64,000 nucleotides of DNA from Eledone cirrhosa (lineage: Eukaryota). The stretch's first letter is position 1. Each line of letters begins with the position of its first letter. A program made the position numbers and the translations under genes. This document shows positions 11,472-25,824 of the stretch, piece by piece. Under the pieces are notes generated by a model that searched no databases, was not told the origin of the DNA, and saw only the letters and a list, made by a program, of their open reading frames with translations. The stretch spans positions 356,190,001-356,254,000 of the forward strand of contig OZ024741.1 of the NCBI GenBank assembly GCA_964016885.1. The letters run 5' to 3'.

Positions 11472-11712
11472 GTGAGAGAGGAGAAGAATGAGGAGAGGAA
11501 GGAAGCACCCGCTCTTTGTGCTCCTGAAGAGGAGGGTTGCACATTTTTTCGGGGGTGTGTGCGACCCATGTCAACGCCCCTCCCTATTGAGGACATCGAT
11601 TGTTAAATTTAATTTGTTATATGTTTTTTACACGTCTTTTTAAATGTATGTAAACTCCCCCCTTTGTATTTGTCCCAATCTTTGATACCCTGGTGGCAAA
11701 TAAATAGAAATA

Positions 11713-11995
11713 TATATCAATTAACATCTAACTCTCCTCCTCTCTATATCTACTACACAAATCTCTCTTCCAGTACCCTTCTCTATATATGAATTAACAC
11801 CAAACCTTCCCCCTCTCTATATCTAATATACAACACACTCTCCCAACCCCCTCTCTATACCAATAACCACCAAACTCTCCACCTCTCTCTATTTACCCTA
11901 CAACACTCTCATTATCTCCCTCTCTATATCAATTAACATTAAACTCTCCTCCTCTCTATATCTACCACACAACCTTCTCTCCCAATCCCCTCTCT
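11713..11995. repeat. Degenerate minisatellite (right part)
   Basis: Same units as 5695-6044. Confidence 0.75.
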
Positions 11996-12009
11996 AAAAA
12001 GCAGGCCCA

Positions 12010-12400
12010 CTCCCAATAAAGAATGGACCCCCCCCCCCCCATCTTAATAAAAACGGATTCTCCTCTTCCCCAATAAAAAACGGACCCCCTCTTCCCCAAT
12101 AAAAAACTGAGCCCTTTCCCCCAATAAAAGACGGACCCCCTCATATAAACGGAACCACCCTTCCCCCATAATAAACAAACTCCCACCCCAATAAAAAGCC
12201 CCCCCCCCTAAAACATGGACCCACCCCCAATAAAAACCGGACCCTCCCCGATAAAAAACGGATCTCCCGCAATAAAAATTGAACCCGCCCCCTAAAAAAA
12301 ATAAAAACGGATTCCCCCCAATAAAAATCGGAGCCCCCTCATAAAAACGCCCCCCGCCCTCCATAAAAATAGACCCACCCACCCCTCCAATAAAAAACGC
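12010..12400. repeat. Degenerate ~22-25-bp minisatellite CCCCAATAAAAAACGGA
   Basis: Many irregular copies of C-run + AATAAAA + ACGGA. Confidence 0.75.
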
Positions 12401-12401
12401 A

Positions 12402-12860
12402 ATGATTTGTTCGGCGACATCTTAGCGGACGAACGTTTACGCCAACTGGCAGCAGAACAGGAGAATTCCCAGTTCTGTGAACCGAGGGGCGGTTGCGTTG
12501 CTCAGAAAATATCCGAACAAAGGGGACTATACAGATAATTTCAGGCCCATAACTCTGCTAAATGCAGAGTGTAAGATTTTGGCCAGTGTGTTAGCGACGA
12601 TGTTGGTGCTTGTCGTTGATGGTCTGGTAGGAGAGGCGCAAACATGTGCCATTCCGCATAGTTCCATTCACGACAACCTCCACCATATGTGATATATCAT
12701 AGAGATGATGGCTAAAGAACCTGGCACGCGTGGGGCCTCGATCAACCTAGATCAGTCGAAAGATTTCGACGTGGTCGATACCTGGCTGCAGTCCTGAAGG
12801 CAACGGGCTTCGGGCCTGTATTCAGAGGATGGATTCCTGCAATGCACAGCGACATCTGTT
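12402..12860 (+). mobile_element. Tx1 RT relic
   Basis: Diverged match to 9450-9905 (NWQQNRRIP, DNFRPITLLN, AQTCAIP, IHDNLH). Confidence 0.8.
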
Positions 12861-13689
12861 CACTGTGTTTTGATTCTGATGGCTTGCCTAATGAGTGATA
12901 GAATGCGTATATCACTTCTTTATACTCTTTTGATACGTCGAGATTTTGTCTTCCTTGTGATACTGAACGTGGAGGGCTTGAATAGAGATTATTTTCGTTC
13001 AAGTGAGAACAGCTTGTTTCAGCTGCAGACTTTTCGACCCTAAACTGATTCCTCCCTAAGGATCGCGGTCCTTGTTTACCCGGGTGACAACCGAGCCGGT
13101 ATGTGTTTTTGACTGTAACAGCAATTATAATTGTTTCTACTGTAACAGCAATAATAATGGTAATAATAAAATTAATAATGATGATGGTAATGATTTTTTT
13201 ATTAACCACAAAGGGTTTACATAAAAAAACATTAGGTACAGCATTAATGATAATAAAACCCGTGGCCAAAAAATAACTGGCTGGCACTCGGTAGGGGGCA
13301 GCTGTTTCTCATGGGGACGAGAAGCTCACTAATCTTGGTGGATAATGGTCCTAGAGGTGGTATCTTGAATAAAATTACTCCTTGGTGGTGAAGGATAAAA
13401 CGCATAAAGAAACAAAAAAAGATCTAATGGCTCTAATATCACGAAGTAAAGTGATCAAGAAAAAGGGGGAAAGTAATCAAGAAAAAAAGTTTTTTGGCAC
13501 CAACACATTTAAAGTGCCAGAATCCTTTATGACTGTACGGGTATCACTAGGTGCCTACAAGAACATTAGCGAGAGATTTCCTTGGGACGTGGGAATCCAT
13601 AACATTTGACCAACGAGCAGACTCTTTAAAGGGTTCCCAAAAGAAATCTCACCAAACATGGTAGTCGAACCACCTGATTTCCAACAGAG

Positions 13690-14510
13690 CCCGGAGGGTA
13701 AGTAACTCTCCCCATTTTCTCTCTCTCTTGATCAACCAGCCATAATCATAAGAGTATGTTGCATAAATGTTCGTAGCCTGGGGGTCATCATGGAAGTAGG
13801 GTCGCTTGCTGAACGAATTCAGATCACTAGATATGGATGTGACTGCCGTCAGCGAGACCAGGATTTCCGGCACGCTCGCATGAGACTCCATTTTCGACGA
13901 GTATCAGAACTTCGCATCTCTTAGTCGAACGGGAATGGGAGGTGGGGTGGCAATAGCGAAGATGGTGTCTTTAGTCTGTTGGCCGTCTACGCTCCGACTG
14001 AGACCGGGCGGCCAGATTTGTTTAGGCGCCTGGAGTGGGGGACTGGAACGGCATCTTAGACGTACGCTGGGATTGTATAGGAGTAGCTGATAGGAGCTGC
14101 GGGTGAAAAAGTATCAAGTACCTGATCAGACAGTTCCAAATATCTGATAGGTACCGATTAGATTTCCGGAATGTGCTAGTGTGGACCTTGACCAACCGCA
14201 TAGTGTCATCTAGATCGTATATAGGTAGGTTTTTCGTTGGGTCAGTAGATATGGAGTCGCCTATTCAGATTTCAAATTTGTGATCTGCATAGTAAACCTA
14301 AATAGAACATATAGACGAAGACCTGATTATTTGAAACTTAACACGTCATTCCCGGCGCGTAAAGCCTACAAAGACAAGGTCACAACTTTACTTAAGTATA
14401 AGTTGACAGGAGGGGTCGTCAACAACATGTCGTTGGGTTCTCTTAAGCATGCGCTCTTAAGCATGTGCTTATCAGTAGTTAATCCAACTCTGGCATCAGG
14501 TAGGGAGTAA
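13690..14510 (+). mobile_element. Tx1 relic: ORF1/ORF2 junction and endonuclease region
   Basis: IRVCCINVRSLG, GDWNGILDVRWD and SDRYRLDF remnants match 8058-8950; sequence upstream to ~12950 may be its decayed ORF1. Confidence 0.75.
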
Positions 14511-15072
14511 TAGAATCTATGGAATCTGATCTCAAAAACCCTCCTGGGTCTGAAAATATTTATTTAGTAACTTCACTGTTGCACCTTGTTTCTCTCAATC
14601 AATACTGGAAATACATTCAACAAATGTTTATTCCATAATATTTATCAACTAAACATCCAGTTCATATATATGTTTTAATATTAGGATAATTTAGTTACAT
14701 AATACTGGAAATAGGTCAAATTTGATATTCTGTAAACTTGTCAATTTGTGTGAATCCAGCGATAACACATTTTAGTAATTCTGCAGTTTGCATTTAAATA
14801 AAAGATAATCTATTTATTCAGCACTATTATTTATACATATCAGTAACTGAGCACTATTTATACATAACATACACAGTGTGTGCGAGTGAGTGTGGCTGCA
14901 TTAGCGGATGTTTACTCTGAAGGATTCGGGCTGCATCTCCGGTTTAAGTGTATCTCCCTCCTGTTTTCCCTCCGAGATATCTAGGAGGGCCTGAAAATGA
15001 TCATGAACCTATTCTTCCTCACGAAACTGTGTTAAAGAAATAAAAGTAAAATATAAGAAGGAAGAAAACAAA

Positions 15073-15211
15073 ATGAAATCTTCCCAAATTGATGTTGATG
15101 GAATCATGAGTGGTCTGGGAGAATCTAAATTCTTCCACACGACACAATACATCTTGATCTGTGCCCCTATAATTATTGCGACCACTAATAGTTTTTTCTA
15201 TGTATTCTTTG
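15073..15211 (+). CDS. SLC22-like organic cation/anion transporter, coding exon 1
   Basis: Manual translation MKSSQIDVDGIMSGLGESKFFHTTQYILICAPIIIATTNSFFYVFF(G) fits the SLC22 N-terminus (D-x-D-x-I/L-x-x-x-G then TM1); donor G|GTATGT, phase 1. Confidence 0.8.
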
Positions 15212-15250
15212 GTATGTATGAATATGGATTTATTATTTTATGATACGTGC

Positions 15251-16408
<1,158 letters not shown>

Positions 16409-16410
<2 letters not shown>

Positions 16411-16575
16411 ACTGATTCCAGACTTTATGAAAATCAATATACTGATTGCGGACTTTATAAAAATCAATATACTGATTGCGGACTTTATAAAAATCAATAT
16501 ACTGATTCCAGACTTTATGAAAATCAATATACTGATTGCGGACTTTATAAAAATCAATATACTGATTGCGGACTT
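16409..16575. repeat. 30-bp tandem repeat (~5.5 copies)
   Basis: ATACTGATTGCGGACTTTATAAAAATCAAT units with CCA/GCG variants. Confidence 0.95.
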
Positions 16576-16765
16576 AGTAATAGTGATGAGGAATATGTCC
16601 TGCATGTTCAACCCCAAAGAATTAGAGAGACACACACAACACTTCATCCACTGCATGCAGTTCTCTGGCTACAATCAGAGAGACAAGATCAGGGTATATA
16701 AAGGAGCCAGAAGCAAATGGGCGAAGATTATAGAAGATGATGCAAATGGGACTTGCTCCATGTAG
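16550..16765 (+). mobile_element. Penelope-like RT thumb fragment, inverted relative to 15445-16410
   Basis: KINILIADLVIVMRNMS...MQFSGY...A...II resembles the PLE post-RT region. Confidence 0.55.
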
Positions 16766-17250
16766 GACCGCTACTTCTCCGAATTGAGAGATCACAGCTC
16801 CGATGCTATGGGTATGTGGTTAGAATATCTCAGAAAAGAATTGCTGGACCGATTTTACGAGCAAAACCAACCGGCATGAGACCCAGTGGTAGAGCCCGGG
16901 CAAGATGGTTGGATAACATCAATAAGCTTGGCTGGTCTCGATTAGGGATCCAGCCGGATCAGCTGGAGATGGTTGCTTCTGGAGATCACATCTCCGTTAC
17001 TACGGATATGAAGTCAAAATATCATAGGAAAGAATCGCTGGACAGATTTTAAAGGCAAAACGAGTCGACAGAAGACTCATAAGACGACTCCGAGAAAGAT
17101 AATAGCATCAGATCCATGAGCTTGACTGGTCTCGCTTGGGGATCCAGTCGGATCAATTGGGGACCCTCTGGAATGTGTGCTTGAGGTGTATGCCGCCACA
17201 ACTCTCCCAGAAATAAGTAAGCGAAGAAGTAGAAGAAGAAGAAGAAGAAT
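16766..17250 (+). mobile_element. RTE-clade 3' fragment(s) with (GAA)n tail
   Basis: LLLRIERSQLRCYGYV...RPSGRARARWLDNI; GCTTGGCTGGTCTCG...GGGATCCAG is duplicated at ~16926 and ~17120; ends GAAGAAGAAG. Confidence 0.65.
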
Positions 17251-17330
17251 TTGTATAGTGTTTCGTTGTTTCAGAATTATCCTTTTTCCTTGGGTCATGA
17301 TAGAAATATTTCTCGCGACTTTGATCCTGT

Positions 17331-20300
17331 TTCAGTCTGTGATATGACCACTGTTTTATACGTTGACTCTACATCTATGGACGTTACTTTCCTGTCATCA
17401 CTGGAGGTCTTACTCCGGTCTGTGATATGACCACTGTTTTATATGTTGACTCTACATCTATGAACGTTACTTTCCTGTCAATACTGGAGGTCTTACTTCG
17501 GTCTGTGATATTACCACTGTTTTATACGTTGACTCTACATCTATGAACGTTAGTTTCCTGTCAATACTGGAGGTCTTACTTCGGTCTGTGATATGACCAC
17601 TGTTTTATATGTTGACTCTACATCTATGAACGTTACTTTCCTGTCAATACTGGAGGTCTTACTTCGGTCTGTGATATGACCACTGTTTTATATGTTGACT
17701 CTACATCTATGGACGTTACTTTCCTGTCAATACTGGAGGTCTTACTTCGGTCTGTGATATTACCACTGTTTTATATGTTGACTCTACATCTATGGACGTT
17801 ATTTTCCTGTCAATACTGGAGGTCTTACTTCGGTCTGTGATATTACCACTGTTTTATAGGTTGACTCTACATCTATGAACGTTATTTTCCTGTCATCACT
17901 GGAAGTCTTACTTCGGTCTGTGATATTACCACTGTTTTATACGTTGACTCTACATCTATGGACGTTATTTTCCTGTCATTACTGAAGGTCTTACTTCGGT
18001 CTGTGATATTACCACTGTTTTATATGTTGACTCTACATCTATGAACGTTATTTTCCTGTCATCACTGGAGGTCTTACTTCGGTCTGTGATATGACCACTG
18101 TTTTATACGTTGACTCTACATCTATGAACGTTACTTTCCTGTCAATACTGGAGGTCTTACTTCGGTCTGTGATATTACCACTGTTTTATATGTTGACTCT
18201 ACATCTATGAACGTTACTTTCCTGTCAATACTGGAGGTCTTACTTCGGTCTGTGATATTACCACTGTTTTATACGTTGACTCTACATCTATGAACGTTAC
18301 TTTCCTGTCATTACTGGAGGTCTTACTTCGGTCTGTGATATTACCACTGTTTTATACGTTGACTCTACATCTATGAACGTTACTTTCCTGTCATTACTGG
18401 AGGTCTTACTTCGGTCTGTGATATTACCACTGTTTTATACGTTGACTCTACATCTATGAACGTTAGTTTCCTGTCAATACTGGAGGTCTTACTTCGGTCT
18501 GTGATATTACCACTGTTTTATACGTTGACTCTACATCTATGAACGTTAGTTTCCTGTCATTACTGAAGATCTTACTTCGGTCTGTGATATTACCACTGTT
18601 TTATACGTTGACTCTACATCTATGAACGTTATTTTCCTGTCATCACTGGAGGTCTTACTTCGGTCTGTGATATTACCACTGTTTTATATGTTGACTCTAC
18701 ATCTATGGACGTTATTTTCCTGTCATTACTGGAGGTCTTACTTCGGTCTGTGATATTACCACTGTTTTATATGTTGACTCTACATCTATGAACGTTATTT
18801 TCCTGTCATTACTGGAGGTCTTACTTCGGTCTGTGATATTACCACTGTTTTATATGTTGACTCTACATCTATGAACGTTATTTTCCTGTCATTACTGGAG
18901 GTCTTACTTCGGTCTGTGATATTACCACTGTTTTATATGTTGACTCTACATCTATGAACGTTATTTTCCTGTCATTACTGGAGGTCTTACTTCGGTCTGT
19001 GATATTACCACTGTTTTATATGTTGACTCTACATCTATGGACGTTATTTTCCTGTCATTACTGGAGGTCTTACTTCGGTCTGTGATATTACCACTGTTTT
19101 ATATGTTGACTCTACATCTATGAACGTTATTTTCCTGTCATTACTGGAGGTCTTACTTCGGTCTGTGATATTACCACTGTTTTATATGTTGACTCTACAT
19201 CTATGAACGTTATTTTCCTGTCATTACTGGAGGTCTTACTTCGGTCTGTGATATTACCACTGTTTTATATGTTGACTCTACATCTATGAACGTTATTTTC
19301 CTGTCATTACTGGAGGTCTTACTTCGGTCTGTGATATTACCACTGTTTTATATGTTGACTCTACATCTATGAACGTTATTTTCCTGTCAATACTGGAGGT
19401 CTTACTTCGGTCTGTGATATTACCACTGTTTTATATGTTGACTCTACATCTATGAACGTTATTTTCCTGTCATTACTGGAGGTCTTACTTCGGTCTGTGA
19501 TATTACCACTGTTTTATATGTTGACTCTACATCTATGAACGTTATTTTCCTGTCATCACTGGAGGTCTTACTTCGGTCTGTGATATTACCACTGTTTTAT
19601 ATGTTGACTCTACATCTATGGACGTTAGTTTCCTGTCATCACTGGAGGTCTTACTTCGGTCTGTGATATTACCACTGTTTTATACGTTGACTCTACATCT
19701 ATGAACGTTACTTTCCTGTCAATACTGGAGGTCTTACTTCGGTCTGTGATATTACCACTGTTTTATATGTTGACTCTACATCTATGAACGTTACTTTCCT
19801 GTCAATACTGGAGGTCTTACTTCGGTCTGTGATATTACCACTGTTTTATACGTTGACTCTACATCTATGAACGTTACTTTCCTGTCAATACTGGAGGTCT
19901 TACTTCGGTCTGTGATATTACCACTGTTTTATACGTTGACTCTACATCTATGAACGTTACTTTCCTGTCATTACTGGAGGTCTTACTTCGGTCTGTGATA
20001 TTACCACTGTTTTATACGTTGACTCTACATCTATGAACGTTACTTTCCTGTCATTACTGGAGGTCTTACTTCGGTCTGTGATATTACCACTGTTTTATAC
20101 GTTGACTCTACATCTATGAACGTTAGTTTCCTGTCAATACTGGAGGTCTTACTTCGGTCTGTGATATTACCACTGTTTTATACGTTGACTCTACATCTAT
20201 GAACGTTAGTTTCCTGTCATTACTGAAGATCTTACTTCGGTCTGTGATATTACCACTGTTTTATACGTTGACTCTACATCTATGAACGTTATTTTCCTGT

Positions 20301-23300
20301 CATCACTGGAGGTCTTACTTCGGTCTGTGATATTACCACTGTTTTATATGTTGACTCTACATCTATGGACGTTATTTTCCTGTCATTACTGGAGGTCTTA
20401 CTTCGGTCTGTGATATTACCACTGTTTTATATGTTGACTCTACATCTATGAACGTTATTTTCCTGTCATTACTGGAGGTCTTACTTCGGTCTGTGATATT
20501 ACCACTGTTTTATATGTTGACTCTACATCTATGAACGTTATTTTCCTGTCATTACTGGAGGTCTTACTTCGGTCTGTGATATTACCACTGTTTTATATGT
20601 TGACTCTACATCTATGAACGTTATTTTCCTGTCATTACTGGAGGTCTTACTTCGGTCTGTGATATTACCACTGTTTTATATGTTGACTCTACATCTATGG
20701 ACGTTATTTTCCTGTCATTACTGGAGGTCTTACTTCGGTCTGTGATATTACCACTGTTTTATATGTTGACTCTACATCTATGAACGTTATTTTCCTGTCA
20801 TTACTGGAGGTCTTACTTCGGTCTGTGATATTACCACTGTTTTATATGTTGACTCTACATCTATGAACGTTATTTTCCTGTCATTACTGGAGGTCTTACT
20901 TCGGTCTGTGATATTACCACTGTTTTATATGTTGACTCTACATCTATGAACGTTATTTTCCTGTCATTACTGGAGGTCTTACTTCGGTCTGTGATATTAC
21001 CACTGTTTTATATGTTGACTCTACATCTATGAACGTTATTTTCCTGTCAATACTGGAGGTCTTACTTCGGTCTGTGATATTACCACTGTTTTATATGTTG
21101 ACTCTACATCTATGAACGTTATTTTCCTGTCATTACTGGAGGTCTTACTTCGGTCTGTGATATTACCACTGTTTTATATGTTGACTCTACATCTATGAAC
21201 GTTATTTTCCTGTCATCACTGGAGGTCTTACTTCGGTCTGTGATATTACCACTGTTTTATATGTTGACTCTACATCTATGGACGTTAGTTTCCTGTCATC
21301 ACTGGAGGTCTTACTTCGGTCTGTGATATTACCACTGTTTTATACGTTGACTCTACATCTATGAACGTTACTTTCCTGTCAATACTGGAGGTCTTACTTC
21401 GGTCTGTGATATTACCACTGTTTTATATGTTGACTCTACATCTATGAACGTTACTTTCCTGTCATTACTGGAGGTCTTACTTCGGTCTGTGATATTACCA
21501 CTGTTCTATATGTTGACTCTACATCTATGAACGTTAGTTTCCTGTCATCACTGGAGGTCTTACTCCGGTCTGTGATACTACCACTGTTTTATATGTTGAC
21601 TCTACATCTATGAACGTTAGTTTCCTGTCAATACTGGAGGTCTTACTTCGGTCTGTGATATTACCACTGTTTTATATGTTGACTCTACATCTATGAACGT
21701 TAGTTTCCTGTCAATACTGGAGGTCTTACTCCGGTCTGTGATATGACCACCCGTTTTATACGTTGACTCTACATCTATGAACGTTACTTTCCTGTCATCA
21801 CTGGAGGTCTTACTTCGGTCTGTGATATTACCACTGTTTTATACGTTGACTCTACATCTATGAACGTTAGTTTCCTGTCAATACTGGAGGTCTTACTTCG
21901 GTCTGTGATATTACCACTGTTTTATATGTTGACTCTACATCTATGAACGTTATTTTCCTGTCATCACTGGAGGTCTTACTTCGGTCTGTGATATTACCAC
22001 TGTTTTATACGTTGACTCTACATCTATGAACGTTAGTTTCCTGTCAATACTGGAGGTCTTACTTCGGTCTGTGATATTACCACTGTTTTATATGTTGACT
22101 CTACATCTATGAACGTTAGTTTCCTGTCAATACTGGAGGTCTTACTCCGGTCTGTGATATGACCACCCGTTTTATACGTTGACTCTACATCTATGAACGT
22201 TACTTTCCTGTCATCACTGGAGGTCTTACTTCGGTCTGTGATATTACCACTGTTTTATACGTTGACTCTACATCTATGGACGTTATTTTCCTGTCATCAC
22301 TGGAGGTCTTACTTCGGTCTGTGATATTACCACTGTTTTATACGTTGACTCTACATCTATGAACGTTAGTTTCCTGTCATTACTGAAGGTCTTACTTCGG
22401 TCTGTGATATTACCACTGTTTTATAGGTTGACTCTACATCTATGAACGTTACTTTCCTGTCATTACTGGAGGTCTTACTTCGGTCTGTGATATTACCACT
22501 GTTTTATACGTTGACTCTACATCTATGAACGTTTCTTTCCTGTCATTACTGGAGGTCTTACTCCGGTCTGTGATATTACCACTGTTTTATATGTTGACTC
22601 TACATCTATGAACGTTTCTTTCCTGTCATTACTGGAGGTCTTACTCCGGTCTGTGATATTACCACTGTTTTATAGGTTGACTCTACATCTATGAACGTTA
22701 CATTCCTGTCAATACTGGAGGTCTTACTTCGGTCTGTGATATGACCACTGTTTTATATGTTGACTCTACATCTATGAACGTTAGTTTCCTGTCATCACTG
22801 GAGGTCTTACTTCGGTCTGTGATATTACCACTGTTTTATATGTTGACTCTACATCTATGGACGTTATTTTCCTGTCATCACTGGAGGTCTTACTTCGGTC
22901 TGTGATATGACCACTGTTTTATATGTTGACTCTACATCTATGAACGTTACTTTCCTGTCATCACTGGAGGTCTTACTTCGGTCTGTGATATGACCACTGT
23001 TTTATATGTTGACTCTACATCTATGGACGTTATTTTCCTGTCATCACTGGAGGTCTTACTTCGGTCTGTGATATGACCACTGTTTTATATGTTGACTCTA
23101 CATCTATGAACGTTACTTTCCTGTCATCACTGGAGGTCTTACTTCGGTCTGTGATATGACCACTGTTTTATATGTTGACTCTACATCTATGGACGTTATT
23201 TTCCTGTCATCACTGGAGGTCTTACTTCGGTCTGTGATATGACCACTGTTTTATATGTTGACTCTACATCCATGGACGTTATTTTCCTGTCATCACTGGA

Positions 23301-25115
23301 GGTCTTACTTCGGTCTGTGATATGACCACTGTTTTATATGTTGACTCTACATCTATGAACGTTACTTTCCTGTCATCACTGGAGGTCTTACTTCGGTCTG
23401 TGATATGACCACTGTTTTATATGTTGACTCTACATCTATGGACGTTATTTTCCTGTCATCACTGGAGGTCTTACTTCGGTCTGTGATATGACCACTGTTT
23501 TATATGTTGACTCTACATCTATGAACGTTACTTTCCTGTCATCACTGTATGTCTTACTTCGGTCTGTGATATTACCACTGTTTTATACGTTGACTCTACA
23601 TCTATGAACGTTACTTTCCTGTCATCACTGGAGGTCTTACTTCGGTCTGTGATATTACCACTGTTTTATATGTTGACTCTACATCTATGGACGTTACTTT
23701 CCTGTCAATACTGGAGGTCTTACTTCGGTCTGTGATATGACCACTGTTTTATACGTTGACTCTACATCTATGAACGTTACATTCCTGTCAATACTGGAGG
23801 TCTTACTTCGGTCTGTGATATTACCACTGTTTTATATGTTGACTCTACATCTATGAACGTTACTTTCCTGTCAATACTGGAGGTCTTACTTCGGTCTGTG
23901 ATATGACCACTGTTTTATACGTTGACTCTACATCTATGAACGTTACTTTCCTGTCAATACTGGAGGTCTTACTTCGGTATGTGATATTACCACTGTTTTA
24001 TATGTTGACTCTACATCTATGAACGTTACTTTCCTGTCAATACTGGAGGTCTTACTTCGGTCTGTGATATGACCACTGTTTTATACGTTGACTCTACATC
24101 TATGAACGTTACTTTCCTGTCAATACTGGAGGTCTTACTTCGGTCTGTGATATTACCACTGTTTTATATGTTGACTCTATATCTATGAACGTTACTTTCC
24201 TGTCAATACTGGAGGTCTTACTTCGGTCTGTGATATTACCACTGTTTTATATGTTGACTCTACATCTATGAACGTTACTTTCCTGTCAATACTGGAGGTC
24301 TTACTTCGGTCTGTGATATTACCACTGTTTTATACGTTGACTCTACATCTATGAACGTTACTTTCCTGTCATCACTGGAGGTCTTACTTCGGTCTGTGAT
24401 ATTACCACTGTTTTATATGTTGACTCTACATCTATGAACGTTACTTTCCTGTCATCACTGGAGGTCTTACTTCGGTCTGTGATATTACCACTGTTTTATA
24501 CGTTGACTCTACATCTATGAACGTTAGTTTCCTGTCATCACTGGAGGTCTTACTTCGGTCTGTGATATTACCACTGTTTTATACGTTGACTCTACATCTA
24601 TGAACGTTATTTTCCTGTCATCACTGGAGGTCTTACTTCGGTCTGTGATATTACCACTGTTTTATACGTTGACTCTACATCTATGAACGTTAGTTTCCTG
24701 TCATCACTGGAGGTCTTACTTCGGTCTGTGATATTACCACTGTTTGATACGTTGACTCTACATCTATGAACGTTACTTTCCTGTCATTACTGAAGCTCTT
24801 ACTTCGGTCTGTGATATTACCACTGTTTTATATGTTGACTCTACATCTATAAACGTTACTTTCCAGCCATCACTGAAGGTCATACTTCGGTCTGTGATAT
24901 TACCACTGTTTTATACGTTGACACTACATCTATGAACGTTACTTTCCTGTCATTACTGAAGCTCTTACTTCGGTCTGTGATATTACCACTGTTTTATATG
25001 TTGACTCTACATCTATAAACGTTACTTTCCAGCCATCACTGAAGGTCTTACTTCGGTCTGTGATATTACCACTGTCTTATACATTGACTCTACATCTACG
25101 TACCTTATTTTCCAG
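17331..25115. repeat. Tandem satellite, 83-bp unit, ~94 copies, in SLC22 intron 1
   Basis: Unit GGTCTGTGATATTACCACTGTTTTATAYGTTGACTCTACATCTATGAACGTTAHTTTCCTGTCAWYACTGGAGGTCTTACTTC; 83-nt period checked at 17417/17500 and 19741/19824. Confidence 0.98.
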
Positions 25116-25324
25116 CTCTCACTCCTGAATATCGATGTGACAATCTGACACAGTTTCAACTCAATCAATATAACATATCAATCACTGATGTCAACCTGGT
25201 CTATGATAAATGTTCCATAGACATCATTAGTTCTGATGAATGCATTACAACCGAGAATCGAACGCTGGGATGTCTGAATGGTTATCACTATACCACACCT
25301 ATTGATAAGTCGATACTTTCACAG
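25116..25324 (+). CDS. SLC22-like transporter, coding exon 2 (large extracellular loop)
   Basis: Acceptor TTATTTTCCAG|, phase-compatible with exon 1: (A)LTPEYRCDNLTQFQLNQYNISITDVNLVYDKCSIDIISSDECITTENRTLGCLNGYHYTTPIDKSILSQ, donor CAG|GTATGT. PxYRC, C-x-x-GYxY and SI-x-S-Q (before WDLVC) are SLC22 hallmarks; N-glycosylation sequons NLT, NIS, NRT. Confidence 0.85.
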
Positions 25325-25824
25325 GTATGTTGATTTGTATTACGATATTAAACCATTTTCCCAGTATTTCAGAATTAGTCTGTGCAAGCATGACTGAGTG
25401 AAACTGGGTTGGCGGAAACTTAATGGAAACCACTCGATTAGATTATCCAGCTTTGTCACATCGTACCATTTTGATTCTGCCTGATAAGGATAAACGTGTC
25501 TATAGAGTACTCTTACTTTCCCCGTTGATTTAACAGTAGGACGCTCTGTTGAGTGAACAGCTAAATACTGGTCGTCGAAAACAACGGAGGATCTGACAGG
25601 AAATATGTAAACATCGTGTTATTTTAGTATACAGCTTTAAGAAAAGTCATACATTTCATAGCATTTAGTATTTCTTCTATACATATAAATATGTAAAGGG
25701 ATTAACGAATCAGTCGACAATTAAAATAAATGAATTGCTTAATAAGTGAATGAAAATGAAACATGCTATTTAAAAAGTTGTTTCTACTGCCTCAATGTGT
25801 AAGCATTGAAACAATTTTTGCGGC

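Larger units (their letters stand above)
6045..11712 (+). mobile_element. Near full-length Tx1 (L1-clade) non-LTR retrotransposon
   Basis: 5' CACTT...AGACGTG internal-promoter-like motif, ORF1 with CCHC knuckle, intact ORF2, AATAAA at 11699; flanked by TATATCAATTA at 6034-6044 and 11713-11723 (candidate TSD). Confidence 0.92.

Noticed and set aside
17400-24800. Recursive AG|GT splice sites in each satellite unit (GGAG|GTCTTA)
   Set aside because: GAG is a poor acceptor and GTCTTA a poor donor; no support without RNA data.
17331-25115. CRISPR-like array
   Set aside because: Units are contiguous 83-bp near-identical repeats with no unique spacers, there are no cas genes, and the context is eukaryotic.
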